Positions 1 to 9,012 of a DNA stretch of 43,723 nt are shown in pieces (the first letter of the stretch is position 1; every line of letters starts with the position of its first letter). The position numbers were made by a program, and so were the translations under genes. Below the pieces are notes generated by a model. It saw only the letters and a program-made list of their open reading frames with translations, was not told the DNA's origin and did not search any database. The stretch covers positions 1 through 43,723 of the forward strand of contig DBEG01000100.1 in the NCBI GenBank assembly GCA_002293965.1. Direction: 5' to 3'. This DNA comes from Actinobacteria bacterium UBA912 (GTDB lineage Bacteria; Actinomycetota; Coriobacteriia; Anaerosomatales; UBA912).

Positions 1-1
1 C

Positions 2-160
2 AGCGGAGAGCTCAGGTTCTCGAATTTCCTGCTATGGCAGATCGCCTACGCTGAGTTTTGGATCACAGACAGACTTTGGCCTGAGTTCGATCGTCATGAG
101 CTACTCAGGGCCATCATTGATTTTCAACGCCGAGACAGGCGCTATGGGGGAAGCCCGTGA
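2..160 (+). CDS. uppS: Undecaprenyl-diphosphate synthase (isoprenyl transferase), 3' end only; 5' end lies outside the window
   Basis: Frame-2 translation from the window edge is [52 protein letters not shown]. This matches the conserved C-terminal SNFLLWQ..YAE....WP.F region of UPP synthases. The TGA at 158-160 overlaps the cdsA GTG at 157 (GTGA). Confidence 0.8.
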   Translation, partial: SGELRFSNFLLWQIAYAEFWITDRLWPEFDRHELLRAIIDFQRRDRRYGGSP

Positions 161-1002
161 TGCTGCGTTCAGCGGGCCCGTCAGATCCCAGCGGACTCAA
201 ACTCATAGGCAGCTTTCTTATCCGTGCACTGACGGGCGGGTTGATCGCTGTCGTTATGCTTGGTGTGGTGATGTACGCGAACCCAGTGGGTCTTGGGTTG
301 TTGCTCGCCCTGATTGCGACGATGTCTGCTCGAGAGTTGTTCCGAATCACGTTCGGCAGACGGCCTCGTTTGCCACAGGCTCTTGCGATGATCGCCTGTG
401 CTGCCATGCCCGTCTCAGCCGCCTACTATGGCTACCTCGGTCTTAACTCGATCGTTGTTGCCCTACTGGTTGTCCTGTTGGCGATCTACTGTTTCATCAA
501 GGAGCTAAGACTCGACGATGTAGCCCGGACCTTCATCGGTGCCCTCTATGTTGGGTTCATGCTTTCACATCTCGTTCTGCTACACCGCTTCGAGTCAGGT
601 GAGGTCTTCGTACTAGCGGTCATCGTGAGTGTTTGGGCTAACGATGTTTTCGCATACTTGATCGGGTCTGCCTTCGGACGCCACAAGATGGCTCCGCGAA
701 TCTCGCCAAACAAGACCTGGGAAGGATTTGCTGGGGGCGCCCTTTTCACAGTCATGGTCTGGTCGAGCCTGACCCTGGTGCCGCAGAACACCATCGAATT
801 GTCGACGCTGATCCTTATCGGCGTCGTGGTTGCCGTCGCGGGCGCAATCGGTGACCTCCTGGAGTCAAGGATCAAGCGTGAGGGCGGGGTAAAGGATTCA
901 GGCACCTTCTTCCCCGGACACGGCGGGGTGTTGGACCGATTCGATAGTCTGATCGTCGTCTCAGTGGTTTCGTATTACATGTTCTTGATCCTGGGGGTCT
1001 GA
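157..1002 (+). CDS. cdsA: Phosphatidate cytidylyltransferase (CDP-diglyceride synthase)
   Basis: 281-aa multi-TM ORF. It carries the C-terminal CTP-transferase signature [29 protein letters not shown] and sits in the uppS-cdsA-dxr order. The start is GTG 157 or ATG 160. Confidence 0.85.
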   Translation: MMLRSAGPSDPSGLKLIGSFLIRALTGGLIAVVMLGVVMYANPVGLGLLLALIATMSARELFRITFGRRPRLPQALAMIACAAMPVSAAYYGYLGLNSIVVALLVVLLAIYCFIKELRLDDVARTFIGALYVGFMLSHLVLLHRFESGEVFVLAVIVSVWANDVFAYLIGSAFGRHKMAPRISPNKTWEGFAGGALFTVMVWSSLTLVPQNTIELSTLILIGVVVAVAGAIGDLLESRIKREGGVKDSGTFFPGHGGVLDRFDSLIVVSVVSYYMFLILGV

Positions 1003-1007
1003 GTCTT

Positions 1008-2165
1008 ATGCCCTCGCGCCTCGTCATCCTTGGATCGACAGGGTCGATCGGAACCCAGGCTCTGGATGTTGCACGCAATCATCCCGACAAGCTCACCGTC
1101 GTTGCTCTTGCCGCACATAGCGACCTGCGGGGCCTAGCGGAACAAGCCCGGGAATTCCGTGTAGATCGATTGGCTCTGGGGTCCGAGGATCCGACTCATC
1201 TGCCTCAAGGACCGCAGTCAGACTTCGACTTTCAGTCCGTTCGCCGAGGTACCGAAGGAATACTCTCCCTGGTCACCGGCGACGATGTCGACATCGTCTT
1301 GAACGCCATCGTCGGATCCGCAGGACTCAGGGCCACCTTGGCTGCATTGCACTCCGGCAAGCGGCTCGCCCTTGCGAACAAGGAGTCGCTCGTTGTCGGC
1401 GGTGAACTCGTTACTAAACACGCGACCCCTGACTCGCTGATTCCAGTGGACTCTGAGCATTCGGCCATCTTCCAATGCCTCAGAGCAGAAGACAGCAAGC
1501 ACGTCGCTCGCTTATGGTTGACCGCCTCCGGCGGACCATTCTTCGGCGCTGATCGCAAGCAGCTTCGTTCTGTGACAGCGGAACAGGCGCTGGCACACCC
1601 TACTTGGAACATGGGACGCAAGATATCGGTCGATTCCGCAACTTTGATGAACAAGGGACTCGAGGTCATCGAGGCCCACCATCTGTTTGGCGTTCCATTC
1701 GACTCGATATCGGTAGTCGTCCATCCCCAGTCCTGTGTTCATTCGATGGTGGAGTTCACGGATGGATCGGTATTGGCACACTTGGGAGTAACCGACATGC
1801 GGATTCCTATCCAATATGCACTTTCCTATCCGCAACGCTGGCAAGCCCCCGTTGCCCCGGTCGATTTCACGAAGCTGGGCTCCTTGGAGTTCCTCGAACC
1901 AGACACCTCAACATTCGGCTGCCTTTCATTGGCCTACGAAGCCGGTCGTCTTGGGGGGAGTGCGCCGATCGTCTTGAATGCAGCCAATGAGGTAGCAGTC
2001 GCGGCTTTCCTCAGGGGTGAATGCGGCTTATTGGACATCGAGCGGATCGTGGGCGATTTGCTCGAAAAGCATGAGGTGGAGTCGATAGAATCGGTCGAAC
2101 ATATAGAAGAGGTCGATCTTTCCTCACGACTTGCCGCCAGCGAGCGGATTTTGGAACTGAGATGA
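1008..2165 (+). CDS. dxr: 1-deoxy-D-xylulose-5-phosphate reductoisomerase
   Basis: 385 aa with the NADPH-binding N-terminus ILGSTGSIGTQALDV. Also has the LANKESLV, DSEHSAIFQC and NKGLEVIEAHHLF motifs typical of Dxr. Confidence 0.95.
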   Translation: MPSRLVILGSTGSIGTQALDVARNHPDKLTVVALAAHSDLRGLAEQAREFRVDRLALGSEDPTHLPQGPQSDFDFQSVRRGTEGILSLVTGDDVDIVLNAIVGSAGLRATLAALHSGKRLALANKESLVVGGELVTKHATPDSLIPVDSEHSAIFQCLRAEDSKHVARLWLTASGGPFFGADRKQLRSVTAEQALAHPTWNMGRKISVDSATLMNKGLEVIEAHHLFGVPFDSISVVVHPQSCVHSMVEFTDGSVLAHLGVTDMRIPIQYALSYPQRWQAPVAPVDFTKLGSLEFLEPDTSTFGCLSLAYEAGRLGGSAPIVLNAANEVAVAAFLRGECGLLDIERIVGDLLEKHEVESIESVEHIEEVDLSSRLAASERILELR

Positions 2166-2274
2166 CTGTTCGTGTCACCACGCCCGTTCTCGACGACGTG
2201 GTGGCTTGTCATTTGCATGGATCGTTGCTAAGCAACCAGGGATAGATCATTGTGACTTGGAGGACTGGTATCAC

Positions 2275-3546
2275 ATGGCTGGGTTCCTAGAGACATTGTC
2301 CGTAATCTTCTGGGGGATCGTCACGTTCTCCATTTTGGTCGTTCTTCATGAAGGCGGGCATTATGCTGTGGCTCGAGCCTTCAAGGTAAGGGTTCATGAG
2401 TTCATGGTGGGCCTTCCGGGTCCCGCGATACGCTTCTTCTCCAAGAGCGGCACAGCCTTTGGAATAACCGCGGTGCCCCTCGGCGGGTATGTTCGGATTG
2501 CTGGCATGGAGCCTGGGCCTGAAGATGAGTTGCTCGGACCAGCCCTCCACAGCGTCGCATCGGCGGGACCCCTCACGATGGAGGAGCTTGCCAACGAGCT
2601 CGGCGTCGATCTCGATCGAGCGGCTTCTTTGCTGGTGACCCTGGAGGATTGGGCTGCGATCCAGGCGAGTCAACAAGGCGATGAAGCCAAGTACACTTCC
2701 ACGCTTGAAGTCGAGAACAGGACAGCTCGCGAACTTCTCAGCGTGGCCAGGAGTTCAACATACCGAGGGCTCAGCACCTCCAAGCGTATCACCGTTCTCG
2801 CAGCTGGTGTCTTCGTCAACCTCTTCGCAGCTGTTGCGGTCTTCACCTTCGTGTTGTCGGTATGGGGGTACTACGAGCATTCTCTCGAGGTTGCAGAAAT
2901 CGTTCCGGATTCAGCGGCTGCAGCAACTGCGCTCATGCCGGGTGACGTGATACTCGAGCTCGACGGGGTTCCTGTAGAGGACTGGGTTCAACTCAGCACC
3001 ACCATCGGGGCCATGGAGCCCGATGACGACCTGCTATTGACCTACTCTCGTGATGGTGTGGTCAGCGAAGCCGAAGTCGTCCTCGGCGAGTCCGAAGGGG
3101 GGAGGGGTTTTCTCGGCATTGCGCCAACAGTCGTTCCCATGGACCTTTCGGTAGGTGAGGCACTAGTTGAGAGCGTCAGTTGGGTGGGTCTCGTTTTCGT
3201 TGCGATCGCGAACTTCTTCAACCCCGAGACGTTTGCTACCTCCGTGGAAGGGGCGAGAAGTATCGTTGGCATCAGCGTCGAGGTCGAGAGGGCCGTTCAG
3301 GCTGGCCCACTGAGCTATGCCTGGATCGTCGCACTGCTATCCCTGTCGCTCGGCGCGATGAACATCTTGCCGATCCCGCCTCTTGATGGTGGCAAGATCG
3401 TCATGGAGGTCGTCGAACGTCTCATCGGCAAGCCCCTTGGTCGTCGTCTCACAACCGGCGTGAGTTTGGCCGGCTTCGGGTTGCTTCTAAGCCTCATCGG
3501 ATACCTGATGTATGCTGACATCATGCGATATTTCGTGAATTCATGA
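2275..3546 (+). CDS. rseP: Site-2 (RIP) zinc metalloprotease, M50 family
   Basis: HEGGH (HExxH) sits in a TM helix, there is a central PDZ-like segment, and the C-terminal motif is NILPIPPLDGG. I prefer ATG 2275 (GGAGGA at 2259-2264) over the ORF-track start 2206. Confidence 0.85.
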   Translation: MAGFLETLSVIFWGIVTFSILVVLHEGGHYAVARAFKVRVHEFMVGLPGPAIRFFSKSGTAFGITAVPLGGYVRIAGMEPGPEDELLGPALHSVASAGPLTMEELANELGVDLDRAASLLVTLEDWAAIQASQQGDEAKYTSTLEVENRTARELLSVARSSTYRGLSTSKRITVLAAGVFVNLFAAVAVFTFVLSVWGYYEHSLEVAEIVPDSAAAATALMPGDVILELDGVPVEDWVQLSTTIGAMEPDDDLLLTYSRDGVVSEAEVVLGESEGGRGFLGIAPTVVPMDLSVGEALVESVSWVGLVFVAIANFFNPETFATSVEGARSIVGISVEVERAVQAGPLSYAWIVALLSLSLGAMNILPIPPLDGGKIVMEVVERLIGKPLGRRLTTGVSLAGFGLLLSLIGYLMYADIMRYFVNS

Positions 3547-4637
3547 TGGACACCTCTCGGGCGGACGCGGGCATCCAACGCCGAGTCACACGCAGGCTCA
3601 TCGTTGGCGGCGTGGCTGTCGGCGGCGACGCGCCAGTGACGGTTCAGTCGATGACCAACACCGATACCGGCGATCATGAGGCAACCCTCTCGCAGATCCT
3701 CCGCCTTTCCGAGGTCGGCTGCGAGATCGTAAGGGTCGCGGTGCCGCACTCACGCGACCTCGGGGCTTTCAAGCGGGTGTGTGCGGACTCACCGATACCG
3801 GTAGTCGCGGACATCCACTTCGATCACGCCCTGGCAATCTCGGCTATACAGTCTGGAGCCTCTGCCGTTCGCATCAATCCCGGAAACATCGGATCGATGA
3901 AGGCTGTCGACGCCGTGATCGAGGAAGCCGGAGCAGCCGGCATTCCCATCCGAATAGGCGTGAACGCTGGATCGTTAGCAAAGCAGTATCACGACATGGA
4001 CTGGCCTCTGCCGGAGAAGCTCGTGGCCAGCGCCCTGGAATTCGTTGAGCACTTCGAGTCGCGTGGTTTCTACGACATCGCTCTTTCTGCGAAGGCGTCG
4101 TCGGTACCGGCCACGGTTGCCGCGTACCGCATGCTGTCTGCTAGAACCGATTGCCCGCTGCATATCGGCATAACTGAGGCAGGCACCATTCGCAGCGGCA
4201 CCGTCAAGTCCGCAATCGGGCTGGGAATCCTGCTCGCCGAAGGGATAGGCGACACACTGAGGGTCTCCTTGACCGCCGATCCGCTTGAGGAGGTCCTCGT
4301 CGGTTGGGATATCCTTGCGGCACTCAACATCCGCCGCCGAGGGGCCGAGGTGATCAGCTGTCCCACTTGCAGTCGGTGTCGGGTCGATCTTATCGGCATC
4401 GCCGAGGAAGTCGAGGCACGCTTGATTCAAGCCCCCAGCGACCTGACCATCGCAGTCATGGGATGTGTGGTCAACGGCCCTGGTGAGGCCAGAGAAGCCG
4501 ACATCGGCATTGCGGCCGGCGATGGAGTAGGGGTGATCTTCGTCAAGGGGGTCCCGGCGCGAAAGGTTTCGGAGGACCAGATCGTGGAGGCACTTTTCGA
4601 CGAGATCAAGAGGCTGGATTCGCCTCGATCCTCCTGA
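3543..4637 (+). CDS. ispG: 4-hydroxy-3-methylbut-2-enyl-diphosphate synthase
   Basis: 364 aa with VQSMTNTDT near the N-terminus. The Fe-S cluster ligand region is ISCPTCSRC ... MGCVVNGPGEA. The ATG overlaps the rseP stop (ATGA). Confidence 0.95.
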   Translation: MMDTSRADAGIQRRVTRRLIVGGVAVGGDAPVTVQSMTNTDTGDHEATLSQILRLSEVGCEIVRVAVPHSRDLGAFKRVCADSPIPVVADIHFDHALAISAIQSGASAVRINPGNIGSMKAVDAVIEEAGAAGIPIRIGVNAGSLAKQYHDMDWPLPEKLVASALEFVEHFESRGFYDIALSAKASSVPATVAAYRMLSARTDCPLHIGITEAGTIRSGTVKSAIGLGILLAEGIGDTLRVSLTADPLEEVLVGWDILAALNIRRRGAEVISCPTCSRCRVDLIGIAEEVEARLIQAPSDLTIAVMGCVVNGPGEAREADIGIAAGDGVGVIFVKGVPARKVSEDQIVEALFDEIKRLDSPRSS

Positions 4638-4708
4638 ACCAATCGCCTTGTCAGCCAAGATGCGATAAGCTGACGTCCTAGATATCTTCCATGCCAGAGG
4701 AGGCAATA

Positions 4709-5098
4709 ATGGGTGATAAGGTTAGAGTCGCGGTGATCGGGGGCGGCCGTATGGGAACGCCGCTTGTGATGGACTTCCTGACACGGCCATTCGTGGACTT
4801 GGTTGGTGTGGTCGACAAGAATCCGGAAAGCCGTGGAGCCCAGATAGCCAATCAGCACAACATCTTCTTCTGCACGGATGTGTCCGTACTCGCTGCAGAT
4901 GCCGAGAACATCGACATGGTTATCGACGTGTCTGGTGATCCGCAAGTCAAGAAGTCGCTGAAGGAAGCCTTTGTTGCATCCGGCAACCGCAACACGATCA
5001 TCGTGCATGACATAACTGCACGCTTGATCATGAGTCTCGCTGCGGATTCTTCGGAGTTGATCGAGACCGTCCATCCCGAGGATCGAGGCATCGGGTAG
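4709..5098 (+). CDS. Stand-alone NAD(P)-binding Rossmann-domain protein (DapB-N / Gfo-Idh-MocA-N like), function unknown
   Basis: The dinucleotide-binding fingerprint VRVAVIGGGRMG is followed by DLVGVVD (an acidic residue at the end of beta-2) and IDMVIDVSG. GAGGAGG at 4697-4703 lies 5 nt upstream of ATG 4709; the ORF-track start 4691 is less likely. The ORF ends after about 129 aa with no catalytic or dimerisation domain. Confidence 0.7.
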   Translation: MGDKVRVAVIGGGRMGTPLVMDFLTRPFVDLVGVVDKNPESRGAQIANQHNIFFCTDVSVLAADAENIDMVIDVSGDPQVKKSLKEAFVASGNRNTIIVHDITARLIMSLAADSSELIETVHPEDRGIG

Positions 5099-5118
5099 GC
5101 TTGGTCGTGTGCAGTTGT

Positions 5119-5153
5119 AAGCGGGCCGTTGTCGGTTCAGGCACGGCTCGCTT
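5119..5153 (+). terminator. Stem-loop between the small Rossmann ORF and proS; possible weak terminator or attenuator
   Basis: AAGCGGGCCG (5119-5128) pairs with CGGCTCGCTT (5144-5153), giving 10 bp including one G-U, around a 15-nt loop. There is no clear U-tract (CAGTTTA follows). Confidence 0.25.
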
Positions 5154-5174
5154 CAGTTTACGGAGGTAAATGAC

Positions 5175-6920
5175 GTGTCGCTCGAACCAACGGCTCTTCT
5201 GGCAAGCTCTGTATACAGCCCTACTCTCAAGGAGGTCCCGGCAGAGGCAGAAATCGCTTCACATCGCCTCATGCTCAGAGCTGGCCTGATCAGGAAGACG
5301 GCATCCGGAATCTATTCGTTCCTACCCATGGGGTATCGTTCGCTCAGGAAGATCGAGGCGATAGTTCGGCAGGAGATGCATGCGATAGGGTCCCAGGAGG
5401 TATTGCTTCCCATAGTCCAACCGGCTGAGCTGTGGCACGAGTCTGGACGCTGGTCGGTTTACGGCCCCGAGCTTGCCAGACTGGCGGATCGATCCGGTCG
5501 TGAGTATTGCCTTGGTCCCACGCACGAGGAGATCATCACCGCACTGGTTCGCAATGAGATTCGAAGCTATCGTCAGTTGCCGGTGTCCCTGTTCCAGATC
5601 AACATGAAGTTCAGGGATGAGATTCGGCCTAGGTTCGGTCTTCTGCGTGGCCGGGAGTTCATAATGAAGGACGCATACTCCTTCCACGCGACACAGGAAT
5701 CACTGCAAGAACACTACGAAGCGCAGAAGAGTGCGTATGGCAGGATTTGCAAGCGACTTTCTTTGACATTCAGGGCAGTTCAGGCGGAGTCGGGTCAGAT
5801 CGGCGGCAGCGTCACGACTGAGTTCATGGCCCTGGCTGACTCGGGCGAGGCGGAACTTGTGTACTGTTCATGCGGCTATGCTGCCAACGTGGACGCTGCC
5901 GAAGTCCTGCTCACTGCTGAGCCTGCTGGATCTGTGCTCCCCCTGGAGAAGGTTGCGACACCTGGTCTTCGCACCATTGCGGAGCTTGCAGAGGCATTCG
6001 ACCTCTCTCCAGGCCGCACAGTCAAGACCATGGCCGCTAAGACCACCGACTCCACCCTGGTCTACTTCCTGCTCCCCGGCGACCGCGAGCTCAACCATGT
6101 CAAGGCGCAATGGGCTGTTCCGGAGGTGACGCTTCTGGATGAAGAGGATTTCGAAACCTTCGGCATCCCAAAGGGTTCTTTGGGGCCCGTGAATGCCCCA
6201 GCGGGTACCGTTCTCGTTGCTGACCGTTCGCTTCTCAACCTGCCAGCTTGGGTTGTCGGCGCAAATGAGGATGGCTATCACTACTTCGGCGCTTCTCGCG
6301 ATCGAGACTTCAAAATCGACTCGTTCGCCGACCTTCTGATCGCAAAGGCTGGCGATCCTTGCCCATCCTGCAAGTCGGAGTCACTCGAGGTGGCTCGCGG
6401 CATCGAAGTCTCTCAAGTCTTTCAACTTGGGACAAAGTACTCGGAGGCGATGAGCGCCACCTTCATGTCCGAAGAGGGCAGGGAAGAGCCGCTGCTCATG
6501 GGCTGTTATGGCGTGGGAGTCACTCGCTGTCTTGCAGCTGTCATCGAACAACATCACGATGACCGGGGTATCTCCTGGCCTATGGCACTGGCCCCCGTGC
6601 ACGTGGCGGTATTGCCGCTCATCTCGGATGCTGATGTATTGGCGAAGGCGACAGACACTTGGAGGACGCTTGCCGAGGCCGACGTCGAGACGATCCTAGA
6701 TGATCGTGACGAGAGAGCCGGGGTCAAGTTCGCCGACGCGGATCTTGTCGGCTATCCGATCCAGATCGTTTTCGGCAAGAAGACCCTGACCGAAGGATTG
6801 GTCGAAGTCAGGGATCGCAAGTCGGGGACATCGCGAGACATACCTGCCGAGGAAGTCTGTCAGGTGGTCACGGGTATGGTCCTGTCGGCACTACATGGTC
6901 CGACAGGAGTAATCGGGTAA
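5175..6920 (+). CDS. proS: Proline--tRNA ligase, bacterial type with INS editing domain
   Basis: 581 aa with class II motif 2 FRDEIRPRFGLLRGREFIMKDAYSF. It has a large insertion domain and a C-terminal anticodon-binding domain. GTG start with GGAGG at 5163-5167. Confidence 0.95.
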   Translation: MSLEPTALLASSVYSPTLKEVPAEAEIASHRLMLRAGLIRKTASGIYSFLPMGYRSLRKIEAIVRQEMHAIGSQEVLLPIVQPAELWHESGRWSVYGPELARLADRSGREYCLGPTHEEIITALVRNEIRSYRQLPVSLFQINMKFRDEIRPRFGLLRGREFIMKDAYSFHATQESLQEHYEAQKSAYGRICKRLSLTFRAVQAESGQIGGSVTTEFMALADSGEAELVYCSCGYAANVDAAEVLLTAEPAGSVLPLEKVATPGLRTIAELAEAFDLSPGRTVKTMAAKTTDSTLVYFLLPGDRELNHVKAQWAVPEVTLLDEEDFETFGIPKGSLGPVNAPAGTVLVADRSLLNLPAWVVGANEDGYHYFGASRDRDFKIDSFADLLIAKAGDPCPSCKSESLEVARGIEVSQVFQLGTKYSEAMSATFMSEEGREEPLLMGCYGVGVTRCLAAVIEQHHDDRGISWPMALAPVHVAVLPLISDADVLAKATDTWRTLAEADVETILDDRDERAGVKFADADLVGYPIQIVFGKKTLTEGLVEVRDRKSGTSRDIPAEEVCQVVTGMVLSALHGPTGVIG

Positions 6921-6984
6921 CTCTTAGCCCGATTCAGCCGCCAGTCGAATCCAAGCCGCATCGGTTTTCCCTTGGCTGACCTTG

Positions 6985-6993
6985 TGGTATCAT
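6985..6993 (+). promoter_or_regulatory. Extended -10 promoter element (TGgTATCAT) for the rimP-nusA-infB operon
   Basis: TG at 6985-6986 plus TATCAT at 6988-6993, about 85 nt upstream of the rimP start. The -35 region (TTTTCC, 17-nt spacer) is weak. It shares the 10-mer TTGTGGTATC with the rpsO upstream region. Confidence 0.4.
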
Positions 6994-7076
6994 CGGCCTG
7001 TCAGAAAATATCGTCGGGTGATGAGAAGTGGGCGAACAGTCCGCTTCTTTTGTTCTTGAGGAAAGAGTGAATCGAG

Positions 7077-7562
7077 TTGTCCAAGCGATTGCAATCTATA
7101 GTTGAAGATTTGTTGGCCCCCGCCGCAAGCCGCGAGGGCTTCGAATTGGTCGCCGTTGAGGTCGTTGGTGCACACCGATCCCCGGTCATTCGCATCTTTC
7201 TCGATCATCCAGCCGGAATCGATGTCGATCGCCTGGCGATCGCTAACAAGTGGATCTCTGAGATCCTCGATGCAGAGGATCCAGTCAGGGGCTCCTACAC
7301 ACTTGAAGTCAGTTCTCCTGGCGTCGACAGGCCGCTATCCAAGATATCCGACTTCGCTCGATTCATAGGCGAGACAGCTTCGGTCAAGACAGATCCGATC
7401 GATGGCAGATCCTCTTTCACTGGAACGATCACCCAGGTGAGCGAAGATGCTGTCGAGCTGAGTTCAGAGGTCGGAGTATTCAGACTTCCCTTCAGCCAGA
7501 TCAAGAAAGCCCGACTGAAGGGCACGGTCGATTTCAGCCAGAAAGGAGAACACCTGAAATGA
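7077..7562 (+). CDS. rimP: Ribosome maturation factor RimP
   Basis: 161 aa containing the EVSSPGVDRPL motif. Located directly upstream of nusA with an ATGA overlap. TTG start with GAGGAAAGAG upstream. Confidence 0.85.
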   Translation: MSKRLQSIVEDLLAPAASREGFELVAVEVVGAHRSPVIRIFLDHPAGIDVDRLAIANKWISEILDAEDPVRGSYTLEVSSPGVDRPLSKISDFARFIGETASVKTDPIDGRSSFTGTITQVSEDAVELSSEVGVFRLPFSQIKKARLKGTVDFSQKGEHLK

Positions 7563-8698
7563 GCTCAGATCTCATGGATGCCTTGAAGACACTCGCACGC
7601 GAGAAGAATATCGATGAGTTCGACATGATCGATAAGCTCCAGCAGCAACTGGCCGCTACCTACCGGCGCATCATGGAGCTCGATAATGACACCAGGGTGG
7701 TTCTGGACACGGAGACGGGCAGAATCTACGTCTATGAACTTGTCCCGGTCGGCGGGACGGAAGAAGAGCCTATCCTTGAGGAGCGCGACATCACACCCAA
7801 GGACGTCTCTAGGATTGCTGCACAGGCTGCGAAAGGCGTCATCACACAGATGATCCGCGATGTTGAGAAGGATCGCATCTTCGATGAGTATTCGGATCGG
7901 ATCGGTGAGAGCGTCACCGGTATCGTCCAGCAGTCTGACTCGCGGTATACCCTCATCAAGCTCAGAGAGGGTGTTGAAGCCCTTCTGCCTCCCAGCGAGC
8001 AGCCTCCTAATGAGAGATACGATCACAATCAACGCATCAAGGCCTACATCATCGAGGTCCGTAAGACCTCCAACGAGCCATCTGTTGTCGTGTCCCGGAC
8101 ACATCCCGGATTGATTCGTCGCTTGTTCGAGCTTGAGGTTCCTGAGATCTACGACGGCATAGTCGAGATCAAGAGCGTCGCCAGGGAGCCCGGCATGCGT
8201 AGCAAGATCGCAGTGTCCAGTCGGGAGCCCAGCCTCGATCCGGTGGGAGCCTGTGTCGGCCCCAAGGGCTCGCGAGTCCGAATGATCGTCGGCGAGCTAC
8301 GCGGCGAGCGGATCGACGTCGTTCCGTGGTCGGACAATCCATCCGAGTATGTAGCCAACGCCTTGTCGCCAGCCAAGGTTGCGAGAGTCCAGGTGGATCT
8401 TGAGACGCACACCGCGACTGTCATGGTCCCAAATGACCAGCTTTCTCTGGCCATCGGCAAGGAGGGACAGAACGCACGTCTGGCTGCTAAGCTCACCGGG
8501 TGGCGTATCGACATCAAGAGCCTCGCTCAGGCAGGAGCTTCTGGGCAAGTATCTACGGCTACTGGTGAACTCGACTCCGCTACCGCAGACGAAGACGGCC
8601 GTTGTGTCTCCGTCACCTCTACTGGACTGCGCTGTCGTAACCGGTCGATCAAAGGGTCACGGTTCTGTCGAATACACGAAGGGGATTCTGACGCTTAG
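7559..8698 (+). CDS. nusA: Transcription termination/antitermination factor NusA, with an unusual Cys-rich C-terminal tail
   Basis: N-terminal domain, S1 domain and two KH domains (GACVGPKGSRV, LAIGKEGQNARLAAKLTGWRIDI). There are no AR1/AR2 repeats. The tail is CVSVTSTGLRCRNRSIKGSRFCRIH. Confidence 0.95.
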   Translation: MSSDLMDALKTLAREKNIDEFDMIDKLQQQLAATYRRIMELDNDTRVVLDTETGRIYVYELVPVGGTEEEPILEERDITPKDVSRIAAQAAKGVITQMIRDVEKDRIFDEYSDRIGESVTGIVQQSDSRYTLIKLREGVEALLPPSEQPPNERYDHNQRIKAYIIEVRKTSNEPSVVVSRTHPGLIRRLFELEVPEIYDGIVEIKSVAREPGMRSKIAVSSREPSLDPVGACVGPKGSRVRMIVGELRGERIDVVPWSDNPSEYVANALSPAKVARVQVDLETHTATVMVPNDQLSLAIGKEGQNARLAAKLTGWRIDIKSLAQAGASGQVSTATGELDSATADEDGRCVSVTSTGLRCRNRSIKGSRFCRIHEGDSDA

Positions 8699-9012
8699 TG
8701 GGTACTCAGACCAAATCTCCCATCAGGACCTGCATCGGTTGCCGAGAGTCACAGAACAAGGGCACCCTGATCCGGGTAGTTCGTGGGTCGGACTCCAATA
8801 TTTCCGTCGATTCTTCCGGCAAACTGCCTGGTCGGGGAGCATACCTTCATCCGGATGAAAAGTGCTTCGATCTCGCGGTCAAGCGCAGGCGGTTCGAAGC
8901 TGCCTTACGAGTCAAGCTCTACGAAGATGACACTTCACGTTTGCGGACAGAACTTCGCAACTGTATTGATGATGTTCGTTTCCCTGCAGGCAAGGATGGT
9001 GAAGGCTGCTAA
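8698..9012 (+). CDS. ylxR: YlxR/RnpM family (DUF448) RNA-binding protein
   Basis: RTCIGCR ... LIRVV ... GKLPGRGAYLH motif. GTG start overlapping the nusA TAG by 1 nt. Canonical nusA-ylxR-infB position. Confidence 0.85.
   Translation: MGTQTKSPIRTCIGCRESQNKGTLIRVVRGSDSNISVDSSGKLPGRGAYLHPDEKCFDLAVKRRRFEAALRVKLYEDDTSRLRTELRNCIDDVRFPAGKDGEGC

Noticed and set aside
2206-2274. Upstream extension of rseP; likewise 38850-38957 for dapF.
   Set aside because: The extensions lack TM or homologous sequence. The downstream ATGs (2275 and 38958) have good RBSs and give canonical N-termini. The dapF extension would also overlap miaA by 50 nt.
5099-5174. Possible T-box or other leader upstream of proS.
   Set aside because: The spacer is only 76 nt and lacks a specifier-loop/T-box sequence. 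It contains just one simple hairpin.
7021-7059. 12-codon ORF (MRSGRTVRFFCS) and short hairpins in the rimP leader.
   Set aside because: It is too short, there is no spacing between the G-rich stretch and the ATG, and there is no known leader-peptide logic for this operon. I treat it as untranslated leader.
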